This document shows positions 54,128-64,000 of a stretch of 64,000 nucleotides of DNA, one piece after another. The stretch covers positions 620,001-684,000 of the forward strand of contig JAQGDQ010000034.1 of the NCBI GenBank assembly GCA_030141605.1. Direction: 5' to 3'. Position 1 is the stretch's first letter. Each line of letters opens with the position of its first letter. The notes under the pieces were generated by a model. It did not search any database. It was given only the letters and a program-made list of their open reading frames with translations, and was not told where the DNA came from. The position numbers and the translations under genes are program-made. This stretch comes from Tubiluchus corallicola. Taxonomy: Eukaryota > Animalia > Priapulida.

Positions 54128-55088
54128 GGGCCATTTCACAGTGAGAACTGTTATGACCCGCCTGCCGATTTTAATTTAAGCGTCAGGTTGGCTTCTCACC
54201 TGTGTTCTGTACTTGCTTTTGACCTAGTTGGTTAGAGTTGTTATTGAGGTGGAAGTAATGTCGGCTGCTCAGGATGACAGCCCTGATGTTTTGTTTTTGT
54301 TAATTTGTGTTTACTGGCAATAAAAAGGAAGTAATGTTTCAAATGCATCTCCGTTTATTCACCATGTTTTGTGCAACCAATTCCAACTCATAACAGAACG
54401 CAAGAAAAAACGACGCACGGAATTGCTGTCACAAAATCTGAAAATTTCCGATTTTTCACAGTAAAACCGCGCTGTTTTTTTCAGCGCGTCCAGTTAGCTG
54501 CAGCTACTTTCCGAGTTTTATACTGTATAACCATGTTTAAATTAAGTTATACTTACCATACTCTCATATAAAAAGTACAATTACTAATGTTAGTCAAAGT
54601 AATGTCAGATCTGTTTGTTCTTTACTTTTAGTAAAATTCTACTAAACACTTCAAAATCTGAAAATATACATATATAAAATAAATATATGCGTGCGTTATG
54701 TATATTTTCACGAACATAGCCATTGATGTTGCATTAATAAAACATAAAATCGTCAGTCTGTTAAAAGAGAGATTAAATCTTAGAATTTTATGCTGAAATA
54801 TATTAATTGTTGTTCGCTAAATGAGAAAGAAGTAAGTGAGTAATTAAATTTAGGGATGAATTCCGCGAGAATTCCTAAAGAAAATGGTGTATGCAGTCTT
54901 TCTACCAAGCGACAAAATTCTTCACGAGGAGGATGCATAACTTCACGAAGAACTGCACGAAGAATTTTGCCGCGCGTCTTCACTGTGAAAGGCGCCATAG
55001 AAAACAATATGTTCAATTTTCGTGAGAAATGCCGCAAGGAATTTTTCCTCGAAGCATTTTGCTGCACGTCCTCACTGTGAAAAGGGCC
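54128..55088. mobile_element. Non-autonomous PIF/Harbinger-type DNA transposon
   Basis: TIR GGGCCATTTCACAGTGAGAAC versus reverse complement GGCCCTTTTCACAGTGAGGAC (18/21). TAA on both flanks (54125-54127, 55089-55091) is the 3-bp TSD characteristic of PIF/Harbinger. Confidence 0.8.
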
Positions 55089-55414
55089 TAATGTCGAACA
55101 ACGCGTCCGCGTTATTGATTTTACAATTAGCGTTGGTAAAGAAGATTAATACCAATGTTGACTTATCATTTTATTTGAAATTGAAGTTACAGAATGGTTA
55201 GGTTACAGAAGATTGTGCAGTAATCAGTGCGGCGGAAAAATTTGTTGGCTTCTTCGTACTAGAAACTAGTCCAAGGTCTTCGTTACAAACATCGCAAATT
55301 TGTCCGTTCTTTGTGTATTTGATGTTTTAGTGACGTAATACAAAATCAAAATTCCTTCATGTCCCTTCAATTTCCGACGAACACATGAGGAAAACAAAAT
55401 ACGCGGCTACCAAG

Positions 55415-55760
55415 TGTTGTGTTTTGTTTCTCTCGGAAGGCTCGTAGAGAAAACCATAATACACGTCGTCAAATTAAACTAGTTTATTATACGAGAATTC
55501 TACAACACAAAAGTATGAAGGAACGCGAAATGTTTACAGTAAATGTGATAATCTGGAAACGTGAAAGCGTGTCTGAGAATCTGAGAATACGAGGATACAA
55601 GAGAATGTGCGAGGATAAACTCCAGCGACCAGCTCCGCCTTATATATCAGTGCCAGGGAATAATCTAGAAATAGAAACTTCTACAAGGTAAGAAGATTGT
55701 TCTACTATACTATAGAACATTCTACAATATTCTATTTAATTCTAGTGGATCTCCACAACA
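55415..55760 (-). mobile_element. Solo LTR, copy 1
   Basis: TGTTGTG...CACAACA termini with a perfect 5-bp TSD CCAAG (55410-55414, 55761-55765). TATATAA and AATAAA are in order on the minus strand. Confidence 0.9.
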
Positions 55761-55765
55761 CCAAG

Positions 55766-55993
55766 AAGAAGACAAAAGACAAAGACAAGATTTATTTACT
55801 GTCGCTCATTTTGATAAACAACATTAGCACTAACGGCTATTTAACGACTTACACTAACAATACAGGCAAGGGACGCAACACACAAATAACGAATAGCATC
55901 TAAGATATATGCCCGGGCGTTGGTAGGCGCTAGTTTCGAACTCAAGACTGCGTGGTTGCAGTCTGAAATCTAAACCACTCGGGCACCCAACCC
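55766..55993 (-). mobile_element. tRNA-derived SINE-like element
   Basis: On the minus strand: A-box-like TGCCCGAGTGG, B-box-like AGTTCGAAACT, then AATAAA and a (TCTTTG)n-like tail. Confidence 0.5.
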
Positions 55994-56073
55994 AGAACAC
56001 AATAAAATAAAACAATATAATAAAATAAGAGCAGAAATAAAATAAAGGAAAGATATATTATTAACTGAATCGT

Positions 56074-56373
56074 TTGCTAATCGGTAGATGTAATATGTTA
56101 TTAACTAAATTTAACTCTTGTTCAACAAATGCGAAAACTATGCTATTTCTTTCATTCTGTAACATCATGTACTGTGGTAACTCGTGTGTTAATTTCAAAG
56201 TATGCAGTTTAACTAAGATCCGCGCCACTTACAACATTGCCCTTCACAAGTTTTCGACATGTTACGCTCACGAAACGCCATCTTCTACGATATCTGCAGA
56301 AAATAATATAAAACATTTTAAAGTACTGTTGCGTCACTCTGCCTGTAGTTTAAGAACAAGAATGATTGGTTAA
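56074..56373 (+). mobile_element. Decayed non-LTR retrotransposon ORF2, post-RT region
   Basis: RCNMLLTKFNSCSTNAKTMLFLSFCNIMYC...LTKIRATYNIALHK resembles the NML.RKF..CS..VK..LF.SYC..LY...W motif of LINE ORF2. Confidence 0.7.
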
Positions 56374-57064
56374 GCAAATTTTATTGTAAATTATATATGC
56401 CACCAAACTGATTAGTGATTTTATAGTAGAATATTTTGAAGAAGGCATTAGTTGTTGACGTAGTAACCGATGATTTTTGAACGAATGCTTTGTATTTTTA
56501 AGTTTTGTATATATTTTTACTATATTTTTTGTAAATTTTCGTAGCTCCTTTAATATTAGTATGACAGGTAGTATTAGTTTTTAGAATAAATTTTAACTTT
56601 TATACGGCATTTTTATGTGCTGCAAATAACTTTAAATAAAAAATTTAATTAATACAATTCTTTTAACTCAGTTAGTTAACAGCCCTTAATTTTTTCGATT
56701 GAGTTAACAGCCATCAGCCCAAGTCCTAGAAGCTGCGACTTAAGATTACTTCCACGCACGTATTTGTCGTTGTTGTTTTCGTTGCTTGTAACAGTTTGAT
56801 GGCTTCTAATCCGAACTTAAATAACGATTATTTGGTCGGGTTGAGTTTTTGTTGTTTGCCTGTTGATATTGTTGTTTGGGCGCAACAGGTAATAATCAGA
56901 GATAAAATGGAAGCTAAAGACCATCCGACCAACATGTAGTACGCCCACAATTATAGAAAATGTTGTAGTGTATTGTGTAGTAATCATAAGACGGCTTAAT
57001 TTCTAGATAAGTACGAGAAATACATAATGTGTAAAATTTCATATTTTGCTTGTGGGCGACACAT

Positions 57065-57409
57065 TATTGTGGAGATCCACTAGAATTAAATAGAATATTG
57101 TAGAATGTTCTATGGTATAGTAGAACAGTCTCCTACCTTGTAGAAGTTTCGAGAACTTTCTATTTCTAGGTTGTTCCCTGGCACTGATATATAAGGTGGA
57201 GCTGGCCGCTGAAGTTTATTCTCTCACATTCTCTTGTATTCTCGTATTCTCAGATTCTCAGATACGCTTTCACGTTTCCAGATTATCACATTTACTGTAT
57301 ACATTTCGCGTTCCTTCATACTTTTGTGTTGTAGAATTCTCGCATAATAAACTAGTTTAATGTTTTCTGGTTTCCTCTACGAGCCTTCCGAGAGAAACAA
57401 AACACAACA
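57065..57409 (+). mobile_element. Solo LTR, copy 2
   Basis: T(A)TTGTG...CACAACA termini with a perfect 5-bp TSD CACAT (57060-57064, 57410-57414). TATATAA at 57188, AATAAA at 57346. It is the reverse complement of 55415-55760 with substitutions and two short indels. Confidence 0.9.
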
Positions 57410-57960
57410 CACATATCACGATAAACTTGTAAAGTACAAAAGAAATGAAAGGAGACTGCAGAAGACTACTTTCTTACGAACTAATTTATTACATTGGAAA
57501 AGTTTTGCTTCGAAATGCGACAAATTGTTGTGCAGAGAGGTTTAAGTGGCTTATTTACTGACTTGTTTCCTTGTTTGTCTGCTTGCTTGTTTACTTAGCA
57601 AAGTAGGTTAAGGAATTGGATTGGTGATAATCAGCTATGTTCAAGTGTGTTGTATAAAAGAGACAGAATAATTGACGATGCTTGTATTTGTTTAATTAAA
57701 GTATTGCACGAATAACAAAATTGTTAAACTGTTAAACTGTACTACAGCAAAATGAATGTAGCAAGGTAAAAGAATACATTGTTTTTCAGTTGTGAAATAA
57801 AGTCTACGGGAAGGAACGTAAAATAATGTTAGATCTGTAATGAAGCGTATTATTTTTACTTCGCTAACAAGTAAGATTACACTGCATTAAGATGTAAATT
57901 TGTTAAAGTTTTGTAAATATTTGCCTGCAAATGGAGGCAGACTGTGTATATTATTGTATT

Positions 57961-58295
57961 CAGGGCCGGATTATGACATTTTGGGGGCCCGGGGCAAATG
58001 AAATCATGGGGCTCCCTCAACAGGGGACACCCCCCCCCCCTAACTCGCCAGCTCCATTCTTCAACATTTTTACTCGTGGTTTACTCGTAGCAACATTTAC
58101 ATAACTTCGAGTAAACTTTTTGCAAATTGTTTAAATGAACTAGAATAGCTGTCTTTTATTCGTCAATAAAAATACGGCTATTTTACTATTTAGCACACAG
58201 CAAATTAGCACATATTTCGCAGATACTTTACAATTGTTACCAAAAGGGGCGCCCTAGCTTCAGCCTATATTAGCCTATAGGATGATCCGGCTCCG
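57961..58295 (-). mobile_element. hAT-type MITE family A copy (reverse orientation)
   Basis: Ends CAGGGCCGGATTAT...ATGATCCGGCTCCG. Flanks ATTGTATT / AATGTATT give a 7/8 8-bp TSD typical of hAT. Confidence 0.85.
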
Positions 58296-58350
58296 AATGT
58301 ATTATAATTTCTCTAATGAAAGATTTGTCGTCACCATTGCTTACTTACAG

Positions 58351-58500
58351 GCACACCTATTTACCAATCTACTTGTTTATTATTAGTCAGACTTGATTTG
58401 TTCAAAAAATTGCAATTGAAATTTGACTGCTATAACTCACTACAGTGGTCACGCCATTGTAGTCACGCTGAAGCTAGGCATCAAGACTACTGCCGCAAAG
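58351..58500 (+). other. Candidate 5'UTR exon of the fucosyltransferase gene
   Basis: Preceded by TTACTTACAG and followed by the consensus donor AAG|GTAAGT at 58501. Acceptors are available at 58639 and 58723, before the ATG. No transcript evidence. Confidence 0.3.
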
Positions 58501-58732
58501 GTAAGTGACCCCACTCCCCTCCGAATAAACTGGTTGAATATGAATTCTCCATGCCAATGTAGAGAGTGAAATTACGTTGAACAACAAGTCTTCGCTTATT
58601 GTCTCCAACAACGCCATGACGGAGCAATTTTCGTTACAGTTTACCATTTACTAACGAATAAACCAACGATTTTAATGAATGCGGTGATACGTGTTTAACT
58701 TCTGATGACACGCCTTAGTACAGTATCGTAGA

Positions 58733-59905
58733 ATGCGACTGCCTCATCGGAAATGGGTACAAATAATCTTAATATCGGTGACGTCAGCTGTTTTGTTAAT
58801 GATTTTAAAAGCAATGCAGTACGAAAACAAAATCAATTTTCATGAGGTCGTGAAGACCAACCTGACATATGTTTCTATGAAAAATCTATCAGAAAAAACG
58901 AAGTCTGGCGGTTATTTTACACATATCAAGCAATTTCAGGGAGCAGTAAGTGTTAACGTTGTGCCTCGTATGCGTGGCAAAAGTAGCAGAAATAAAAATC
59001 TAGATCTAAATTTGGTAAACACAGGAGAGCTGGAAAAGCGAAGCTACTCGGGGATTCTTACAACGCCTTGTCCGGGTAGACTGGGCAATAAACTATTTGA
59101 ATTTGCGTCAACGTACGGCATAGCCGTCATGAACGACCTAAAGCCGGTTCACATAAAAGGCTGTGGTCTGGATGTAGTTTTCAAACTTTCTGTTGCGAAA
59201 ATGAAATCGAATATTCCGGTCAACAATCGAAGAGAGAAGTTTCTGTGTTGCTACAGGCGCTACCTACCGGAAGTAGAGACGTTGGGCAGTCGGTACAACG
59301 TGTTACGTGGCATGATGCAAGTGTACAAGTACTTTAATCACGTCAGACATGAAATAAAAAAGTTGTTCACATTTATTGACGAAATTTCCAACATGGCTGA
59401 ACAGTTTCTTAGAGTTTCACTAAACGCATCAGCTACTAACTCGAAGAAACCAGTGACTTTTGTTGGTGTGCATGTGCGGAGGGGTGATTACATTAAGTTA
59501 GTGAAAAAACGAGGAGCTCTTCTTGCTGGACAAGAATACATCTCCTCTGCAATGAAGTACTTCTTATCTAAACACAAGAATGTCTTATTCGTCGTGGCGA
59601 GTAACGACATTCAGTGGTGCATTGAAAATCTTGATACCAAGAGCTTTGACATCGTGTTTTCTGAGGGTCACAGCGCACCCGAGGATCTGGCCATTTTGTC
59701 CAAATGCAACCATACGGTTATGACTCAGGGTACCTACGGTTGGTGGGCGGGATATCTAGCAGGAGGAGAGGTAGTCTATTTTAAGGACTGGCCATTTAGG
59801 AATATCACCAAATATCCGGAACACGACTTCCGGTCACGTGATTATTATCCATCAGATTGGGTGGGAATACCACCAACTAAATCAGAACTAAATGTAAATT
59901 TGTGA
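58733..59905 (+). CDS. Galactoside alpha-1,2-fucosyltransferase (glycosyltransferase family 11, FUT1/FUT2-like), single coding exon, 390 aa
   Basis: N-terminal type II membrane anchor (VQIILISVTSAVLLMIL) and stem. GT11 motifs GRLGNxLFEFAS, FVGVHVRRGDY, FVVASNDIQWC and EDLAILSKCNHTVMTQGTYGWWAGYLAGG are present. The ORF is intact. Confidence 0.95.
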   Translation: MRLPHRKWVQIILISVTSAVLLMILKAMQYENKINFHEVVKTNLTYVSMKNLSEKTKSGGYFTHIKQFQGAVSVNVVPRMRGKSSRNKNLDLNLVNTGELEKRSYSGILTTPCPGRLGNKLFEFASTYGIAVMNDLKPVHIKGCGLDVVFKLSVAKMKSNIPVNNRREKFLCCYRRYLPEVETLGSRYNVLRGMMQVYKYFNHVRHEIKKLFTFIDEISNMAEQFLRVSLNASATNSKKPVTFVGVHVRRGDYIKLVKKRGALLAGQEYISSAMKYFLSKHKNVLFVVASNDIQWCIENLDTKSFDIVFSEGHSAPEDLAILSKCNHTVMTQGTYGWWAGYLAGGEVVYFKDWPFRNITKYPEHDFRSRDYYPSDWVGIPPTKSELNVNL

Positions 59906-59914
59906 ATAAGCCTT

Positions 59915-59927
59915 AATAAAAAATAAA
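59915..59927 (+). promoter_or_regulatory. Candidate polyadenylation signals (two AATAAA)
   Basis: AATAAA at 59915 and 59922, just after the stop codon. The AT-rich context weakens this call. Confidence 0.35.
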
Positions 59928-61246
59928 TGCTCAACTGAGAGATTCTTATCAACTCTATCAGCGTGTCTTTTTTGTTTTCGCAGGTTATTTTTCATTCTTC
60001 TTTTCATTTGCGCTTTTCTTAGATTTTTCTTATATGAAGAGCCATTGAACTTGTTATCTTCCCCGTTATCTTCCCCACTGTACCTTAAGTACTGTGTTCA
60101 AAAAACGCTTAGTAATTCTTATTGTGTGCTTGTTCTTTTTGTGCAATTTATTGTTAAGAATGCACCTATATATCTATGCATGTATCTATATATACCTATG
60201 TATCGCAGCAGAGCGGTGCATTCCTACTATATTATACAGTTATACACTCCTCTGCGTAAGCTGCTGCTGCCATCTATTAGCCAGTTTATGAACACTACTC
60301 AGCATAGAATTTTATGCTATCCAATTTTTTAACTTTGTGGTTGAAAAGATTTAAAAGTACGTCATGTAAAGTACAAAACTTTGTGAATAAACTAGCCTTT
60401 GAGTTGACAGCAAATCCTAGGGCAATTATTACCCCAGGTCAAACGTTATAGTTCATCAGTTCTCTTAAGTTGTTAGAATATCAGAGCAGCAAATTGGCGT
60501 ACCGAACAGAGAAAGTGTTTTATTTTGTCTTTATGCACACTATCTGTCGCTTATTGCACCGAGTACACGATTGTAGTATTATGTGACCCATTTAATTGTC
60601 AGTCTACCACACAAAAGTACTGAATTAGTCTATGCTGCCATCTACAGTCATTATTTTACTCTAGTTGCACAAAGTGTGTCAGAGATAAATTGATTTTGTT
60701 TCTAAATATTGTTTCCTTTGCTTTTATAGATCATCATTAATCAGAGTAATTAGATTGTTAATTTCACTTGCTTTAATTCTCTTTAAGTTAAAATAGAGAA
60801 AAATTATAACACAGTTTTCTGTAAGCAAATAATCTCTATTCTGCTATCAAAGAAGCCAAGTAGACTTTGATTTTGGTTTAACTAGTAGTTTGTAGAGTAT
60901 AGGTGACCTTTCCATTTATGGTCTGTATACATGAATGTGATGTACCTTCCAATAGGAACTTGAATCTCTGGTCATGTGATTACAGCTCTATTCTCTCAGA
61001 CATGCAAGTTTCTGTTGATCTAGAGACAGCAATGTTAAATGATGCAAATTTTCTACTGTTAAAGCAATGTTAAAGAATACAAAAATTCTACAGTATCATA
61101 TTGCTAACTTTTATGACTGTTTGTTCAATTTTGTTACTGAAGTGAACATTACATAAAGTGTTTCTTAATTTAGACTTTACCAAATAATGATGGAATAAAG
61201 TCAGACTGAATAAACTCAGTCTATGTACTTTTTTCATTGTAATGTA

Positions 61247-61348
61247 ATTTAATTATGATTATATTTTTGAAATCAGTTTTAATCGAAAAAGATTTAATTT
61301 AATTTAATTATGATTATATTTTTGAAATCAATTTTAACCGAAAAAGAA
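61247..61348. repeat. Two-copy ~56-bp tandem duplication
   Basis: ATTTAATTATGATTATATTTTTGAAATCARTTTTAAYCGAAAAAGA occurs twice. Confidence 0.85.
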
Positions 61349-62080
61349 TAAATGTGAAAAATTCTGACACCTACATGGATCTACTCTAAATGAATTAATG
61401 ATGTAATGTAATTAATTAATTAATAACAAACTAATTTCTTCCAGTGTCACGATATCGAAAATTAACCGAACTGGATTATTAAAAAACCGTGAAATAGTGA
61501 GATTCTAGTTGGTCTTCTACATAAAATGTACACAATATCATTTAAGTTAGGATGTACATATCTATACCTCTTGTTCAGAAGACAGGTTAGCAAACTTCCT
61601 CTTAGTTCTAGTTACACACAGTTCCGCATAAATTGTTCTCTCTGACCTCGTATAACCGATATCACAAAAGTTGAGGCTTAGTTATCAACAGTCAGATACG
61701 ATATGATGTACTTAACTACGTTACATGCCTAATGTGATCTAAACGATTCATGTCATGTTTCCTAACGTCATAAAATGTGCATCGTCACAACTCAACACAC
61801 TACAAGCAGTTATGCTACTCCTGCGCCCATAAACAAACATGTATATAAACAAAAATACAAATGCACAACATTTATGTATAGAACTAAATCCTTTGCTTCA
61901 ATTCAAACCGCTTGTGGATCCGCCTACAAAAGAGCCATAATCTTAAGAGGTAGTAAACATTCGTTTATTGGCATTTCTGATAATAAGACGTGTACAGTAG
62001 TTTTGTGACTTTGCCCTGCTATAGAAACATTGCCATTGAAATCTAGTGTGTCGAAGCAAGAAAAAGATTTCGCAAAAGCG

Positions 62081-62253
62081 ATGGAAGAGGACAACTCTAA
62101 ACCTGACAATATGGAGAAAGTAGAACCTCCAGTTTGTGTCAGTGATTTTGAAGAAATCGCAAGCAGAAAGTTGCAGCCATCCACGTGGTCTTACATCAGT
62201 TCTGGTGCAATGTATGGCAATACGATGGTTGAAAACAAAAGAGCATTCTCCAG
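62081..62253 (+). CDS. FMN-dependent alpha-hydroxyacid oxidase (HAO1/HAO2-like), coding exon 1
   Basis: MEEDNSKPDNMEKVEPPVCVSDFEEIASRKLQPSTWSYISSGA...ENKRAFSR. Phase-2 donor AG|GTAGGT at 62254. The start could instead be the ATG at 62111. Confidence 0.9.
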
Positions 62254-62731
62254 GTAGGTGCTATACCCCCTATTTTACTGTATTAAAACGTAATTAGGTT
62301 TTAGGCATCTGTAAACCATAGCTTAAATGATAAAAACATAGATGTACATCTTTGTTTAGACTTGCAAATTTACATGGAGCTTTTATTGAACTTCCGTAAC
62401 TTTGTGATACTTTATATTTTGCTGAAAAAATAAAGTAAAAGATCAGTACAATATCTTAAGCGTTTGGAATCAGAATGTACAGTTACTTAAAAATGTTTAT
62501 ACTCCTATAAAATATTCAATTATTAGCTCAGCTTCAAACATGCGATTTGTAGCGTTATTGGTACAGTAACAATTTGTCTACCATACATGTTGACATATCG
62601 TTGGGCTTATACCACTTGGCAAACAGCAAACATCCTTGCATTATTTGTAAGTTTGCCCTCATTCGGGTTTTTTTTTCTCCCTTCACAATAAATATCATAT
62701 CAAAGCTGGAAACTTTAAATAATTTTTGCAG

Positions 62732-63332
62732 GTTTAAAATTCGGCCATCATTTTTAGTTGGCGTATCTGACCGCCAGCTATCCACAACTCTTCTCGGTGA
62801 ATCGGTAAACTGTCCCATTGGAATAGCTCCAACGTCATTGCACCAATTAGTCCACTCCGATGGCGAAAAAGTCACCGCTAGGGCGGCAGCAGCACTGGGA
62901 ATCTGTTACACACAAAGTACCTTCTCCACCAGTACCGTGGAGGAAGTCGCACAAGCCAGTCCCGGGGGGCTCAAGTGGATGAGTGTCTATATCTTCGAAG
63001 ATTTTCAAATCACCAAGGGACTAATTCGCATGGCGGAAGAGGGTGGTTATAAGGCCATTGTCCTAACAGTGGACAACCCTGGAAGGCCATGCAATTGGTC
63101 AATGTTACGACGGCCAGTAGGCATTCCAGAGACAGCCAGCATGAGGAACCTCGAGAAGGTCCTCCCGTGTCCTTATGATAAGAAGAATGTGTTTGCTGGA
63201 GGCAAGGGCTTTAGACCAAAAGAGAGACTGAGTTGGGACGTGATTGACCAGCTGCGTGACGTCACAAAGCTACCTATTGTTATAAAAGGAATTCTTACAG
63301 CAGAAGATGCAAGCAAAGCTCTAGAGAAAGGC
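62732..63332 (+). CDS. Alpha-hydroxyacid oxidase, coding exon 2 (601 nt)
   Basis: Acceptor TTTTTGCAG|G restores the frame (R-FKIRP). Motifs PIGIAPT, HSDGE, GYKAIVLTVD and LSWDVI...TKLPIVIKGILTAEDA. Phase-0 donor GGC|GTAAGT at 63333. Confidence 0.95.
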
Positions 63333-63835
63333 GTAAGTGCGTCATCTTACTTTTAACAACAATGTATATCTGTCATTATCCTACCATTAATCCAGCCCAG
63401 CTTTATTTCTCTCAGTTTCGCCTTTTTTGTAGCCATGTAAAACGAAATATGGCAACATAAAATCGATAAAAATCAGCAAATCCACTGATACTTTAATGAT
63501 TTTTTATGTACAACAAAATGGAAAATAACGCACGGGCAATTTAAAACATTTTAAACAGAAGCCTAGATGATAACGTCATGTATCTCTAATCACATGTGGC
63601 AAATATCCTATAGAACTTTTTATTTTTCAAGAAATAAATCGCACAAACACACGAAGCAATACGGAATTAAAAACTCTGAAAATTTTTTCAATCCCACTGG
63701 GACACGAACCCGCGACTATCTTTTTTTCCGGTCAGCTATACTAATAGTGATTTTTTTTCTATTTTTGCATTACAATCATGATTCGTTAGACATTTTTGTA
63801 ATTATGTTTTTTAGGTAACTAGGTTTTACTTTTAG

Positions 63836-64000
63836 GTTAATGCGATTTGGATATCAAATCATGGCGGGAGAACTTTGGACGACGTACCATCCACGGTAGA
63901 GGCTCTGGCCGAAATTGCACCGGTTGTCGCTGGACGCTGTGAACTTTACCTGGACTCCGGCATCAGAACAGGCGCCGACATTTTTAAAGCCCTTGCGCTC
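63836..64000 (+). CDS. Alpha-hydroxyacid oxidase, coding exon 3 (runs off the window; not in the ORF track)
   Basis: Acceptor TTTTACTTTTAG, then VNAIWISNHGGRTLDDVPSTVEALAEIAPVVAGRCELYLDSGIRTGADIFKALAL, containing the SNHGGR active-site signature and the DxGxRxG FMN-phosphate motif. Confidence 0.95.

Noticed and set aside
55415-57409. One large TIR transposon, or one LTR retrotransposon with two LTRs
   Set aside because: The repeats are inverted, each has its own distinct 5-bp TSD, and the interior is SINE/LINE debris with no gag-pol or transposase.
58733-59905. Retrogene or horizontal-transfer origin of the intronless fucosyltransferase
   Set aside because: Single coding exons are normal for animal FUT1/FUT2-type genes. 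It has a Golgi-type membrane anchor and no poly(A) tail or TSD.
62574-63356. The 260-aa ORF as a standalone oxidase gene
   Set aside because: Its first ~52 and last ~7 residues are intron read-through; splice sites at 62731/62732 and 63332/63333 give the correct protein.

Overview
AT-rich, microsatellite-dense animal (probably invertebrate) nuclear DNA; there is no sign of prokaryotic organisation. The first ~58 kb has no protein-coding exon I can recognise. It holds simple repeats, decayed LINE 3' ends, several MITE families, SINEs, two solo LTRs and a 1.32-kb tandem duplication. Two real genes lie at the right end on the + strand: an intronless GT11 alpha-1,2-fucosyltransferase (58733-59905) and the first three coding exons of an FMN-dependent alpha-hydroxyacid oxidase (62081 to beyond the window end). 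The most notable observations are: (1) a composite SINE with a 5S rRNA head and an RTE-like body and tail, present twice; (2) two old elements with a hybrid tRNA-box-A/5S head; (3) two independently inserted, back-to-back solo LTRs, one pointing at the fucosyltransferase; (4) loss of the conserved substrate-binding Arg and an FMN-contacting Gln in the oxidase; (5) a tandem pair of recursive-splice-site-like motifs; (6) a fold-back hairpin inside one MITE copy. Family assignments rest on motif recognition and manual alignment only; no database search was run.
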